Shown here piece by piece: positions 40,619 through 51,429 of a DNA stretch of 64,000 bases. Position numbers and translations under genes: made by a program. Position 1 is the stretch's first letter. Each line of letters opens with the position of its first letter. The notes beneath the pieces were generated by a model. It saw nothing but the letters and a program-made list of their open reading frames with translations, did no database searches and had not been told where the DNA came from. This stretch comes from Felis catus (lineage: Eukaryota): the NCBI RefSeq assembly GCF_018350175.1, contig NC_058368.1:22570001-22634000 (forward strand), read 5' to 3'.

Positions 40619-41397
40619 AGCTTCCTCATAACATCATACAGCTAACCCTGCTAAGACATTTCCAACTTCCATGTAGTCTCCATTCTAAGCTGTCTATCTT
40701 TGAACTCTGGATTCTTATGTCAGTGCCATACTCTTTATTTACTAGAGCTTTAAAATACACACTAATTTTTTTAGAACAAGTTCTATTTCATTATAATTCT
40801 CCTGTGGCTTTTATTAGCACTAAATAGCTGCCTCTATCTACTTGGAGACAAAATGTTTCAGAGGAAGGATCTGTATCACCATATTCCCTGAATTACCCCC
40901 TCCCCACCTCACCCCCATTCTCCCTGGACAGGGCCTCTTTTTTCAAGCTCTTTTCCAGGAATAAAAATGAATTCTCTATAGAAAGCCCCCCCCCACCTGT
41001 TTTTGGCCAAGTTTGACATAATCTCTGCTTCAGAATAAATTGTAAGTCATCCTAATTAAATTTAAAACATAGAATTGGTCATTTAAAATAGTTATGAAAT
41101 ATAATGGCATTTGTTCTTAGGCCTCTACTGAAATAGCATGGTGTCCACTAAAGTTGACACAACAAAAATCCTTTCTCCCAGTTGAACAATTTATGCACTT
41201 GCTTGAGGGGATATCTAATCTCTCAAACAAAAAAAGAACTATATCTAAAACCTCAGGACCTTCTTGGCTTTAGCTTTGGTAAATAAAGGCTTCCATTTTG
41301 TTTTCTTCCTGGAGGACAACATTCTTTACCAGATGAGATGTTTCATCCTGACTAGAGAAAGGAAAAGTCTTGGAAAAAGAAAAAGTCATTAAGCATG

Positions 41398-41490
41398 CTC
41401 TCTGTCTCTCTGTCTCTCTGTCTCTCTGTCTCTCTCTCTCTCTGTCTCTCTCTCTCTGTCTCTGTCTCTCTCTCTCTCTGTCTCTCTCTC
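41398..41490. repeat. (TC)n/(TCTCTG)n microsatellite
   Basis: Directly visible. Confidence 0.92.
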
Positions 41491-41849
41491 ATGCACACAC
41501 ATGCACACCCACCAGAGATTTAAAGACACAAAGAACTCACAACCCCTCCATGACCGTTCATCCCAAGGACCTTGGGTGCTCTCGGTTATCACAGCTTTAT
41601 CTGGGCTAGCTTAACCTTGGAGAGTTGTTGAGATTTCTAATCACCCTTCGAAAATCCCTGTGACTTTACAACATAAAGTCCTATTTTAGCTTTCATCCTT
41701 CTTCCACCAGCACATCATTCCCTCACCCTCCTCAGCTGCTGGGGCTGCTGCCTAGGTGCTGGCCATGCTGAACTTGGTTGGCTGTCTGGCTGGCAGTTCT
41801 TTTCCACTTCACTTGCAATGCAGAATATGTGGCCTCTGCAAATTCCATT

Positions 41850-42280
41850 TCAGTTTTCTCCCAGCTGAGGTTTCAGTGGGTTTAACCCTACTGCAGGTGT
41901 AGACTCTGATCATCCTCATTCCATCAGAGCAATCCCTTCTTTGGTCTAGTAAACTAGAGCTAGTGTGTAATCTGAGTAGGTCTGATAAAAGGGAAGCCCT
42001 ATAACTTTATTAAATGCTTTGAGCAGGAGATACCCTGTTTCTTCTCCTGGAAATAATAAGTAAGGAAACGTAGCCTCAGGCTGTTTGCAATCGGCTTATT
42101 CCCACGAGGGGATTCAGCCATGGGACCAAGCCGATAACTGGAGAATAAGGCTCACAGAAGCCCCAGGTGAATAGGTCTGAAGTTTAACTTTTCTTTGGAT
42201 ATTACAGTTATGTGAGATAGTGACTGTTTAACTCACTTGGAGTTGGGTTTTCTGTTACATGTGACTAAAAAATATCCTGA
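41850..42280 (+). mobile_element. Old MaLR LTR (MLT1J/K-like)
   Basis: 3' end CAGTTATGTGAG...TTGGAGTTGGGTTTTCTGTTACATG...ATCCTGA. Confidence 0.55.
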
Positions 42281-42410
42281 TGTACCTCTGACCCCAGGAA
42301 GTGACTCCATTCATCCCAAGAGGGGTCTCCCCTCCCATGGCAGGGCTGGGCAGGCCTCCCTCAGGGGCCCAAATCCAAGTCTAACCATTTCCTGCTTTCC
42401 TTTCTTTCCT

Positions 42411-42630
42411 TCTTTTTTTAATAAAGTTTATTTATGCATTTATTTAGAGAGAGCAAGAGAGAGTGCAAGCAGGGTAGGGGCAGAGAGAGACAGACAGACA
42501 GAATCCCAAGCAGGCTCCTTTCTGACAGTGCAGAGCCAGACATGGGACTCAAACTCACCAAACGTGAGATCATGACCTGAGCCAAGATCAAGAGATGGAC
42601 ACTTAACCAACTGAACCATCCAGGCACCCC
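42411..42630 (-). mobile_element. Can-SINE
   Basis: TSD CCTGCTTTCCTTTC. Confidence 0.9.
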
Positions 42631-42724
42631 ACCTGCTTTCCTTTCATCTGTCAGTGTTCATTCAGTGTCCATTTCTGGTGGCCTTTCTTTTCTGTCTTGT
42701 TTCTTTTTTAATATATATTTTTCA

Positions 42725-42919
42725 ATTTTTTTAATGTTTATTTTTGAGAGAGAGAGAGCTCAAGCAGGGAAGGGGCAAAGACAGAGGGGGAGAGAGAGAA
42801 TTCCAAGGAGGCTCCATGCTGTCAGCACAGAGCCAGATGTGGGGCTCGAACCCATGAATCTTGAGATCATGACCTGAGCCGAAGTCATTGCTCAACTGAC
42901 TGAATTACCCAGGTGCCCC
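42725..42919 (-). mobile_element. Can-SINE
   Basis: Full head and tail. Confidence 0.88.
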
Positions 42920-45517
42920 TGTAATATTTACACAATATTTTTTTTAAAAAAACAAACAAACCAACAAAACCTGAAGAATTAATTTAAATTTTTAAATTTA
43001 ATTTTAACTTAATTTTTATTTCAGCAATACATATTTACAAGTTAGATGATTAGTTCTTAAAAGGGAAAGAGAAATTGCCACCCTTTTTCCCACTCCAAAC
43101 TCCCCAGAGGCCAACCTTGTCTGTTCTTTTCATTGTTTCTTCTGGGCTGTAGCCCCTATTGCTAAATAACATTTTTATACAGCTTTTATCATTCTTTAGC
43201 TTTAGTTATTGTGCATTTTCTGTGATTGAAGATGGGGACCTAGATTTCTTACACCCCTCCCCCACATACATATCCTCTCCTCTCATTTCCCAAAAAAAGT
43301 TATATCACAGCATTTTGTTATTTACATTATATTGTGTAAACATTAGTCACAGCTGAGCCATGTAGTGTACTATGATTATATTTCCTTTCTTAAACAACAG
43401 TTTCTTTTTGCTAGCATTCAATGATCACAGTGTCTTTTCCCATGCTTACTTTTCTATGTACTTTCACTAGTTCATCCCAACTTCTTCAAGAAAAATATAA
43501 ATCTCTCCAAATTGATTGTTCAAATCAATTAGTTTGTTTTTCTGCTACCACCAACATCCTGCGTTGTTCACCTTTCCCCTGTACTGGATTCCTTGTGTCC
43601 TAGATGTCATGTTTTCCTCTATCTTGGCTTAATCACTTATTTTGGAGGAGCACATCCTCACAGTAGGTTTCTGATAAAAAGTACTTGGGTAATAAAAGTG
43701 TTGAGACCTTTCATATTGAAAATGTCTCTATCCTGATTTGTTTGTTGGTATTTTTTATGTTTGGACCTTTCCCCCCTGCCCATGTGTAGTGGTCATTGAC
43801 TATTCATAATTAATAATGAGGCTCTAACAGGTTGACTAGATGCTCTCTGAATAGATTAGTTGCAGTGTGGGCTTCCCTGTCAGGTAGGTAATAAGGCAGA
43901 TGCTGGCTTTTATGTTGGGGAATCCTCAACAGTCTGTATCTGTTAGTCTTTTTCTTGCATTTCCCCATAGGTGAATTCTCCAGTCTATTGTTTTGACAGG
44001 ATATTCTGTCAGCATCCAGACAGAGGAGTAAGAGAAGGGTTCTGGGACTCTTGTTTACAATGAAAACATTCACTTCTTCCCTGACTTTAGAACACTACCT
44101 CCCTCCCACACTCTACTCTGCCTGGGATCAACAACTCTAAAGAGAAAATCTCATGACAGTGAGGAGGGGTAGGTGCCTGGTGGGGGGAGGGAACTCTTAT
44201 TCAGATTTTCAACCAATTTGCCTGAAGATTTGTAGGAAGAGCGGTAAAGTAAGCACCTGGCCAACCCTTCTGCATGGAGATTTTTTAAACTCTTACAAGC
44301 TGTGTGAACTTGAACAAGTTTCTTAATTTCTCTGAGCTTCCGTTTCTTCATTCATAGAGTGAATGGCTTTAGTGTGAGGGTTAAACGGGGTTCCTGAATG
44401 TCAAGTGCCTGGCACAAGTCTGCCCAGCGTGGAGAGGGCATTCAATTGTTGGTGGTACAATGTTCAGGGAGGTAGTAGTTGGTAGTCTCCCTAGCTTTTT
44501 TCAGTGGACAGAAAGGATCCCTTCCCACTATCCAGTTCTTTTCTATACTCCCTCAAAAGGAAAGCCACCCTACGCATGTTCTGCCAAGATATTAATAGAA
44601 TTTCAGGGGTACAACCACCTTTACAACTTACCCTCTACCCCACTCTCTCTTTCAGTGCCCAACCAAACCCTTAAAGCAACCTCCTCCATTCTGGCTCCCA
44701 TCCAAATGGATTAATGAGCAGGACTGAGAACTGCAGTGCAGTCCAAACCCAAATCCTAAGAGTAATATTGACCCCCTCTATTCTGCTATTTCACACATAA
44801 TCCCTCCACCCCCTAGGGTAATGCCCCAGTTCCTCCTCCTAGTCTTCTTATCCTTTCTAGCCCCCTGGCAAGAGAGACAAAGAGAACCTTCTTGCCTTCA
44901 GTGTGCTAGAGCCTCTCTCCCGTGCAAAATAAAATTTGTCTTTCTCCCTACTTCTAACCAGCTCTTTCTTGCCCTAGTCCTTCTCTCCCTTTTTCTCTCA
45001 CCGTTCTTTTTTGGGACCCTGACTGCCTTGTTAAAGGACAGCCTTCTTCACAAAGTCTTTTCACTGATTCCTTAGGATACTTTTCTTATCTGCTCTGGAA
45101 TCTCCTTTCGCTCTGGAACCTGGCTATATCTTAGGGGACTGAAGATGAAAGAGGAGCTGGAGAAGCTGGGGAAGTTGTTGTCTTAAAGTTAATTTAGATT
45201 GGCTGGTAGAACAGAGATCTGGTACAGAATCTGAAGAAAATAAGCACCCAGTGTGCTCAGCATTTTTTCACAGTCTAACATTTTAGGTTGCAAGACTAGT
45301 AGAGATTTTGCCTGCTACATTCTCATTTAGACTCAACCACTGAAAACACACCTAATAAAATGTTTGAAGTAGGGCTTATTAACAGAAGTCATGGTCAATT
45401 AAATGTTAGGAATTGATCTTTGTTGGAAATAATGTAAATACATGGTCATGTGACTGGGACTACGTGTGAATGAAGGTGGACACAAGTATACAAGAACAGG
45501 CCTCATTTAATAACCCC

Positions 45518-46507
45518 TTAAACTTGTGTTTCCTCTTTCAACCATATGCAGACAGGAATGCTGCACTTTGTCTTCCATGGGTGATCTTTTCTGAGTGCAG
45601 ACCTTAGTCTGTCCTTAAAATTTTCCCCAGCAAAATAATAGAGCAAAGGATTGAGGCAGCTATTGGTTGCTGCCAACGTCAGTGTGATGACCACAGCTTT
45701 ATGAAGATTGTCTTCGCATTTATCCACTTTCCACATGACCAGGTGGAGGGTTCTCAGTATGTGATAAGGCAGGAAACACAGAAGGAAGATGATCAAGGCA
45801 ATGATGATGGTGATAAGTGCTTTCTTGTGAGAAACCCGCAGCCCAGATTCTGGGACCTTTACCTTTAACAGGACTCGAATGATTAGCAGATAACAGATGC
45901 TGAGCAAGCAGAATGGTAGCATGAAGCCTATCACCAAGGCAATGTAGTTCATCGTCTTCAGTTTAACAATTTTATTCATATTCAACTCTAAGCATAATGT
46001 GGTATTGCCATTCTGCTCAGAGCCATTGTTCAGAAGCACTACTGACGAAGCCATGATAAGGACCCATATGACCACACACAGAATCCAGGCACTCCTGATA
46101 CTAGCCACATGGAGGAACCGGAAGGGATGAACAGTTGCCAGAAAACGCACAATGCTCAGCACAGTCAGGAAATAAATGCTGCTGTACATGTTGACATACA
46201 TAGAATAAGACATAATCCTGCAGCTCAGGTCCCCAAATATCCAATTGGAGCCTCTGATGTAATAGTCAACTCTGAAGGGCAGTGTACTTGTGAACAAAAA
46301 ATCTGAAATGGCCAGGTTTAGCATGAAAACATTCACAGACGTGGACTTCTTATAAGGCTGCAGGAAAACATATATGGAAAATCCATTTCCCAAGGTTCCC
46401 CAGACAAATATTATCAGGTACACGATGGGGTAAAAATGCCTTTTGAAGTTTTCGATTGAACAGTCCGTGTTGCTGACATTACTGCTGAAGGTGCCATTGG
46501 GTTCCAT
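45518..46507 (-). CDS. CYSLTR2: Cysteinyl leukotriene receptor 2, class A GPCR, 329 aa, uninterrupted CDS
   Basis: Intact ORF with seven hydrophobic segments and motifs GN (TM1), NLAISD (TM2), SIVRF in place of DRY, FLPYH (TM6) and NPLLYYF (TM7). It matches recalled human CYSLTR2 throughout (MEPNGTFS..., [29 protein letters not shown]-terminal ETxV). Confidence 0.97.
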   Translation of the reverse strand: MEPNGTFSSNVSNTDCSIENFKRHFYPIVYLIIFVWGTLGNGFSIYVFLQPYKKSTSVNVFMLNLAISDFLFTSTLPFRVDYYIRGSNWIFGDLSCRIMSYSMYVNMYSSIYFLTVLSIVRFLATVHPFRFLHVASIRSAWILCVVIWVLIMASSVVLLNNGSEQNGNTTLCLELNMNKIVKLKTMNYIALVIGFMLPFCLLSICYLLIIRVLLKVKVPESGLRVSHKKALITIIIALIIFLLCFLPYHILRTLHLVMWKVDKCEDNLHKAVVITLTLAATNSCLNPLLYYFAGENFKDRLRSALRKDHPWKTKCSIPVCIWLKEETQV

Positions 46508-46540
46508 TTATGATGTGGAGATGTATAGAGGCAAGGGCAT
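46508..46540 (-). other. 10-codon upstream ORF (MPLPLYISTS*), in frame with and abutting the CYSLTR2 ATG
   Basis: Read directly on the minus strand: ATG CCC TTG CCT CTA TAC ATC TCC ACA TCA TAA, followed immediately by ATG GAA CCC. Confidence 0.85.
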
Positions 46541-46555
46541 AAGTTTTCTCTCCAC

Positions 46556-46580
46556 GCTGGATTTAAAAAAAAAAAAAAAC
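46556..46580 (-). promoter_or_regulatory. Splice acceptor of the CYSLTR2 coding exon
   Basis: The minus strand reads a long T tract, then AAATCCAG|C GTG GAG AGA. The AG (plus-strand 46557-46558) lies 1 nt before the ancestral start-codon position. Confidence 0.75.
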
Positions 46581-46914
46581 ACAGACACAAAAAGTTACTT
46601 CCTGCTCACTACTTACATCTTTCCAGGTTTTAATGAAACAGGGAGAAATACTAGCTTTTCTTTGAAACTTGAGTCAAAAATATCAGCAAAGTTTTTACCA
46701 TATGCTCCATTATATTTCATGATACATTTCTAAAATACAAAATAAACATTCATTTACTTTGTTGAAGCAGAAGCCTCAAACTTGGGAGACCTTTGGTCCA
46801 GTGCTTATGTTCATACTGCAGTCCAAATCTACCAGACAGCAGGTGTCTCAACAAAATGTATGGAAGACAAAAGGAAGTGGCACAACATTTTCAAGTGCTG
46901 AAAGAGAAGTCTAC

Positions 46915-47304
46915 CAACATTCTACTATGTTGAATAACAGTGGCAAGAGTGGACATCCCTATCTTGTTCCTGACTTTAGGGGGAAGCCTCTCAGTTTTTC
47001 CCCATTGATGATACTGGCGTGGGGCCTTTCATATATGGCTTTTATGATCTCGAGGTATGATCCTTCTATCCCTACTTTCTTAAGGGTTTTTATCGAGAAA
47101 GGATGCTATATTCTGTCAAATGCTTTCTTTGCATCTATTGAGAGGATCATGTGGTTCTTGTCCTTTCTTTTATTGATGTGATGAATCACATTGATTGTTT
47201 TGTGGATACTGAACCAGCTCTGCATCCCAGGTATAAATCCCACTTGGTCGTGGTGAATAATTTTTTTAATGTATTATTGGATCTGGTTGGCCAATATGTT
47301 GAGG
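46915..47304 (-). mobile_element. 390-bp internal L1 ORF2 (RT) fragment, inverted, no poly(A)
   Basis: Closely matches about 11980-12366 of the first full-length L1. Flanked by AAGA(G/A)AAGTCTAC at 46902-46914 and 47305-47317. Confidence 0.88.
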
Positions 47305-47627
47305 AAGAAAAGTCTACAATTCAGAGTTCTATAGCCAGCAAAAATATCCTTCAAATATAAAGGAGAAGTCAAGGCATTCTCAAATGATGGAAAACTAAGA
47401 GAATTTGTTGGCAGCAGACCTACCCTAAAAGAATGACTAAAAGAAGTTCTCATATCAGAAAGGAATCAATAAAAGAAGGAACCTAGGAACATCAGAAAGT
47501 AAGAACATGATAAGCAAAAATATGGGTAAGTACAATAGGATTTTCTTCTCTTTTTTGAGTCTAAGTTATGTTTGATGATTGAAACATTGTCTGGTGTGAT
47601 GAGCTTTAATGTAGGGGAATTTTTAAA

Positions 47628-47846
47628 TTTTTTTTTTTCTTCAACGTTTTTATTTATTTTGGGGACAGAGAGAGACAGAGCATGAACGGGGGAGGGGCAG
47701 AGAGAGAGGGAGACACAGAATCGGAAACAGGCTCCAGGCTCTGAGCCATTAGCCCAGAGCCTGACGCGAGGCTCGAACTCACGGACCGTGAGATCGTGAC
47801 CTGGCTGAAGTCGGACGCTTAACCGACTGCGCCACCCAGGCGCCCC
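47628..47846 (-). mobile_element. Young feline Can-SINE (SINEC_Fc-like)
   Basis: Perfect TSD TGTAGGGGAATTTTTAAA at 47610-47627 and 47847-47864. Confidence 0.95.
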
Positions 47847-50800
47847 TGTAGGGGAATTTTTAAAGATAATTATAACTATATTATAAATGGGGAAAGGTAA
47901 AAGGATACAAAGGAGGTAAGATTTCCACACTTCACTTGAGTTGGTAACATGATGATGCCAATAGACTGTGGTAAGTGATGTATGTGTAATGTAACACCTA
48001 GAGCAGCCATTAAAAAGCTATACAAAGAGATAAGCTCAAAAAACTAGAGATAAATCAAACCAGAATACTTAAAAGTGTTCAAGTAGCCAACAGGAAGATA
48101 GGAAAAAGAAAATAGATAATACAAATAGAAAAATAAAATAAAATGGCACAGTTATCCCTAAAAAATAAATAATTACAATAAATATAAATAGTGTAAATAT
48201 ACCAATTAAAATATAGATTGACAGACCAATATATCTATATCTGTCTATATATGTGTATATAAATTATATGCTGTATATAAGAAATTCAGAGTATTGACAT
48301 GTTGAAAGTAAAAGGGTGAAAAACATATATGTCATGCAAACATTAATGAAAGGAAATCAGGAGTGGCTCTTAAGACCAGATAAAGTAAACTTTAGAACAG
48401 AGAAAATTATGCAAGGGACAATATATAATGATAAAAGAGTTTATCTACCAAAAAGACACATCAATTCTAAATGTGTATACACCTAACAACAGTTACAAAC
48501 TATGTGAAACAAAAACTGATAGAACTGAAAGGAGAAATTGACAAGTTCATAGGTATAGTTGGTAATTTCAAAACCCTCTCTCAGTAAGTGATAGAGCAGC
48601 TAGACAAAAATCCACAAGAATACAGAAAAACTCAAATATAACATCAACCAACAGGAACCAATTGACATTTATAAAAAAATCCATTGAACCAAAGCAGAAT
48701 ACACATTCTTTTCAAGTGCCCACAAAACATATACCCAAATAAACCACATCCTGGGCCATAAAAAGAAAACCTCAACAGATTAAAAAAAAATTGAAACCGT
48801 ACAGAGTGTGCTCTATAACTACAATGAAATCAAACTAGATATCAACAGCAGAAAGATAATAGGAAAATCTCCAAATGCTTGGGCACTAAACAACACTCTT
48901 CTAAATATTCCATGGGTCAAAAAGGAAGTCTCAAGGGAAACCAAATAATATATTGAACTCAATAAAAATGAAAATGTATCATATCAAAATTTGTGGGGTA
49001 TATCAAAAGCATTGCTAAGAGAGAACTGCAAAACACTAAATGCATACATTACAAAATAGTTTTAACTCAATCATCTAAGCTCCCATCTCAAGAAACTAAA
49101 AATTTTTTAAATGAGATAAATCCAAATAAAGAAAAAGGGGGCAAATAATAAAGGTAAAAGCAGAAATCAAGGAAATTGAAAACAAAACAAAACAAAAATC
49201 AAGGAGAATTGATGAAAGAAAGAACTGGTTATTTGGAAAGATCAATACAATTGACAAACCTCTAGCAAGACAGACAAAAGTAAAAATAGAGCAGACACAA
49301 ATTACCATTATCAAGAATGTGAAACAGGGAACATCATGATAGATACATCAAAAATATAATAAAGGAATACCATGATTACCTCTACAAGAATAAATTTGAT
49401 AACCTAAAGGAAATGGATTAATTTCTTTAAAAAAAAAAACTACCCCAACTCACCAAATACAAAATGATAAATTTAACTACTGAGAAAATTAAATTCTTAA
49501 TTTAAAGCTGTAAAAGGAATCTCCAAGTCCAGGTGGTATCCCTGGAGACTTCTACCCAAATCTACCATATTTAAATAAAAACACCAATTCCATGCAATCT
49601 CTTCCAGAAAACAGAAGAGGAGGATACATATCCCAGTTTATTTTACAAAGCTAGTATTACCTTGATATCAAAACCAGACACAGTATAAAACAAAAGACTA
49701 CAGACCAATATTCCTTATGAATATAGACACAAAATCTCTTAGCAAAATATTAGCAAGTAAATTTTAGCAATATTACAAGAAGAATTATATATCATGACCA
49801 AGTATGGTTTATTTCATGCATTGAAGCCTGGTTCAATATTTAGAAAACAGTCAATGTAATTCATGTTAAGAGGCTAAATGAGAAAAATCATGTGATCATA
49901 TCAATGAATGCAGAAAAAGCATATGAACAAAATCCAATACCCACTTTTGATCAAAACTCTTAGAAACAGAGGCATACAGGGGAACTTCCTCAACTTGATA
50001 ATTATCAACAAAAAACCCCCGCTCATAGCTAACATAGTTAAGGGTGAAAGACTGCATGCCTTCTCCTTAAAATTGGGACCAATGCAAGGATGTCTACTCT
50101 TACTACTCTTATTTAACATAATGCTGTAAATTCTAGCCAGTGAAATAAGGCAAGAAAGGAAATCAACATCTTACTGATCAGAAAGGAAGAAAGAAAACAC
50201 TCCCCATTTGCAGATGACATGACTGTTTACACAGAAAATCCCAAGGAATCTACACCAAAAAGTCATAGAAGTAACAAGTAAATTCAACCAAGTCACAGGA
50301 TACAACACATAAAAATCAATTGTATTTTTATATACTAGCAATGAACATATGAACACATTGGAATAAGAAATACAGTACCATTTGCAATCATTCAAAAATA
50401 AAATGAAATACTTAAGTGTAAATCTAACAAGACATTCCAGAATTTATATGTTGAAAACTACAAGATGCTGATGAAAGAAATCAAAGTTCGAAGTAAATGG
50501 AGACACATACCATGTTCATGGATTGGAAGGCTCAACAGAATAAAGATGTCAATCTTTCCCAAATTGGTTTATAGGATTAATGAAATTCCTAATTAAATTC
50601 ATGCAATACTTTTTTTGTTGTTGAAATAGATAAGATTTTTCTAAAATTTATGTGGAAAGGGAAAGGAATTGGAAGTGCTCAAGACTGTGTGATATTGAAG
50701 GGATAGACACATAAATTAGTGGAACAAAACAGAGTACCTAAAAAAAGAGTTACACAAATATGCTTAAGTAATTTTTGACAAAGGGCAAAAGAGATTCAAC

Positions 50801-51429
50801 AGAAGAAAGATGGTATTTTTGTAGTGCTGGAGCAAGTGGACATCCATAGGCAAAAGAACGAACCATGACTTAAACCTAGTACCTTATACAAAAATTAACA
50901 AAAATGGATCATAGACCAAATTAGTCAAATGTGAAACTATAACTTTTTTAGGAAAAAAAGCATATGATAAAATCTTTGGGATTTAAGGCTAGACAGAGAG
51001 TTCTTGGACATAACATCAAAAACATGATCCATGAAAGGAAAAATTGATAAATTGGAATTCATCAAGATGGAAAACTTTTGCACTGCAAAAAGTTCTGTTA
51101 AGAGGATGAAAAGATAAGCTACAGACTAGGAGACAATATTTGCAAAACACAGATTCGACAAAGGACCCGTGTCTACAATATATAAAGAACTCTCAAAACT
51201 CAACAGTAAAAACCAAACCAACCAAACAAAACAAACAATCCGATTAGAAAATAGGCAAAAGACATGAAGAGATATTTCAGGTGTGTAAGATGACATATAG
51301 ATACATAAAAGTTTGTCCAATAGCATTAGCCATTAAGGAGATGCCAACTATAACTACCATGGGATAGAACTACACATCTATTAGAATGGCTAAAAAAAAA
51401 AAAAAAATAGTGATAACCCCAAGACATTC

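Larger units (their letters stand above)
46830..51420 (+). mobile_element. Old, heavily mutated mammalian LINE-1 (end of ORF1 through most of ORF2)
   Basis: A-rich sequence with an ORF1 C-terminus remnant (RKWHNIF...KLREFV) and ORF2 remnants (NKIQYPLLIKTL, GPMQGCLLL, TTTGCAGATGACATG). Interrupted by an L1 fragment and a SINE, and ends abruptly at about 51420. Confidence 0.88.

Noticed and set aside
46140..46160. VRF instead of DRY in CYSLTR2 TM3
   Set aside because: Normal for CYSLTR2; the recalled human sequence has VVRF.
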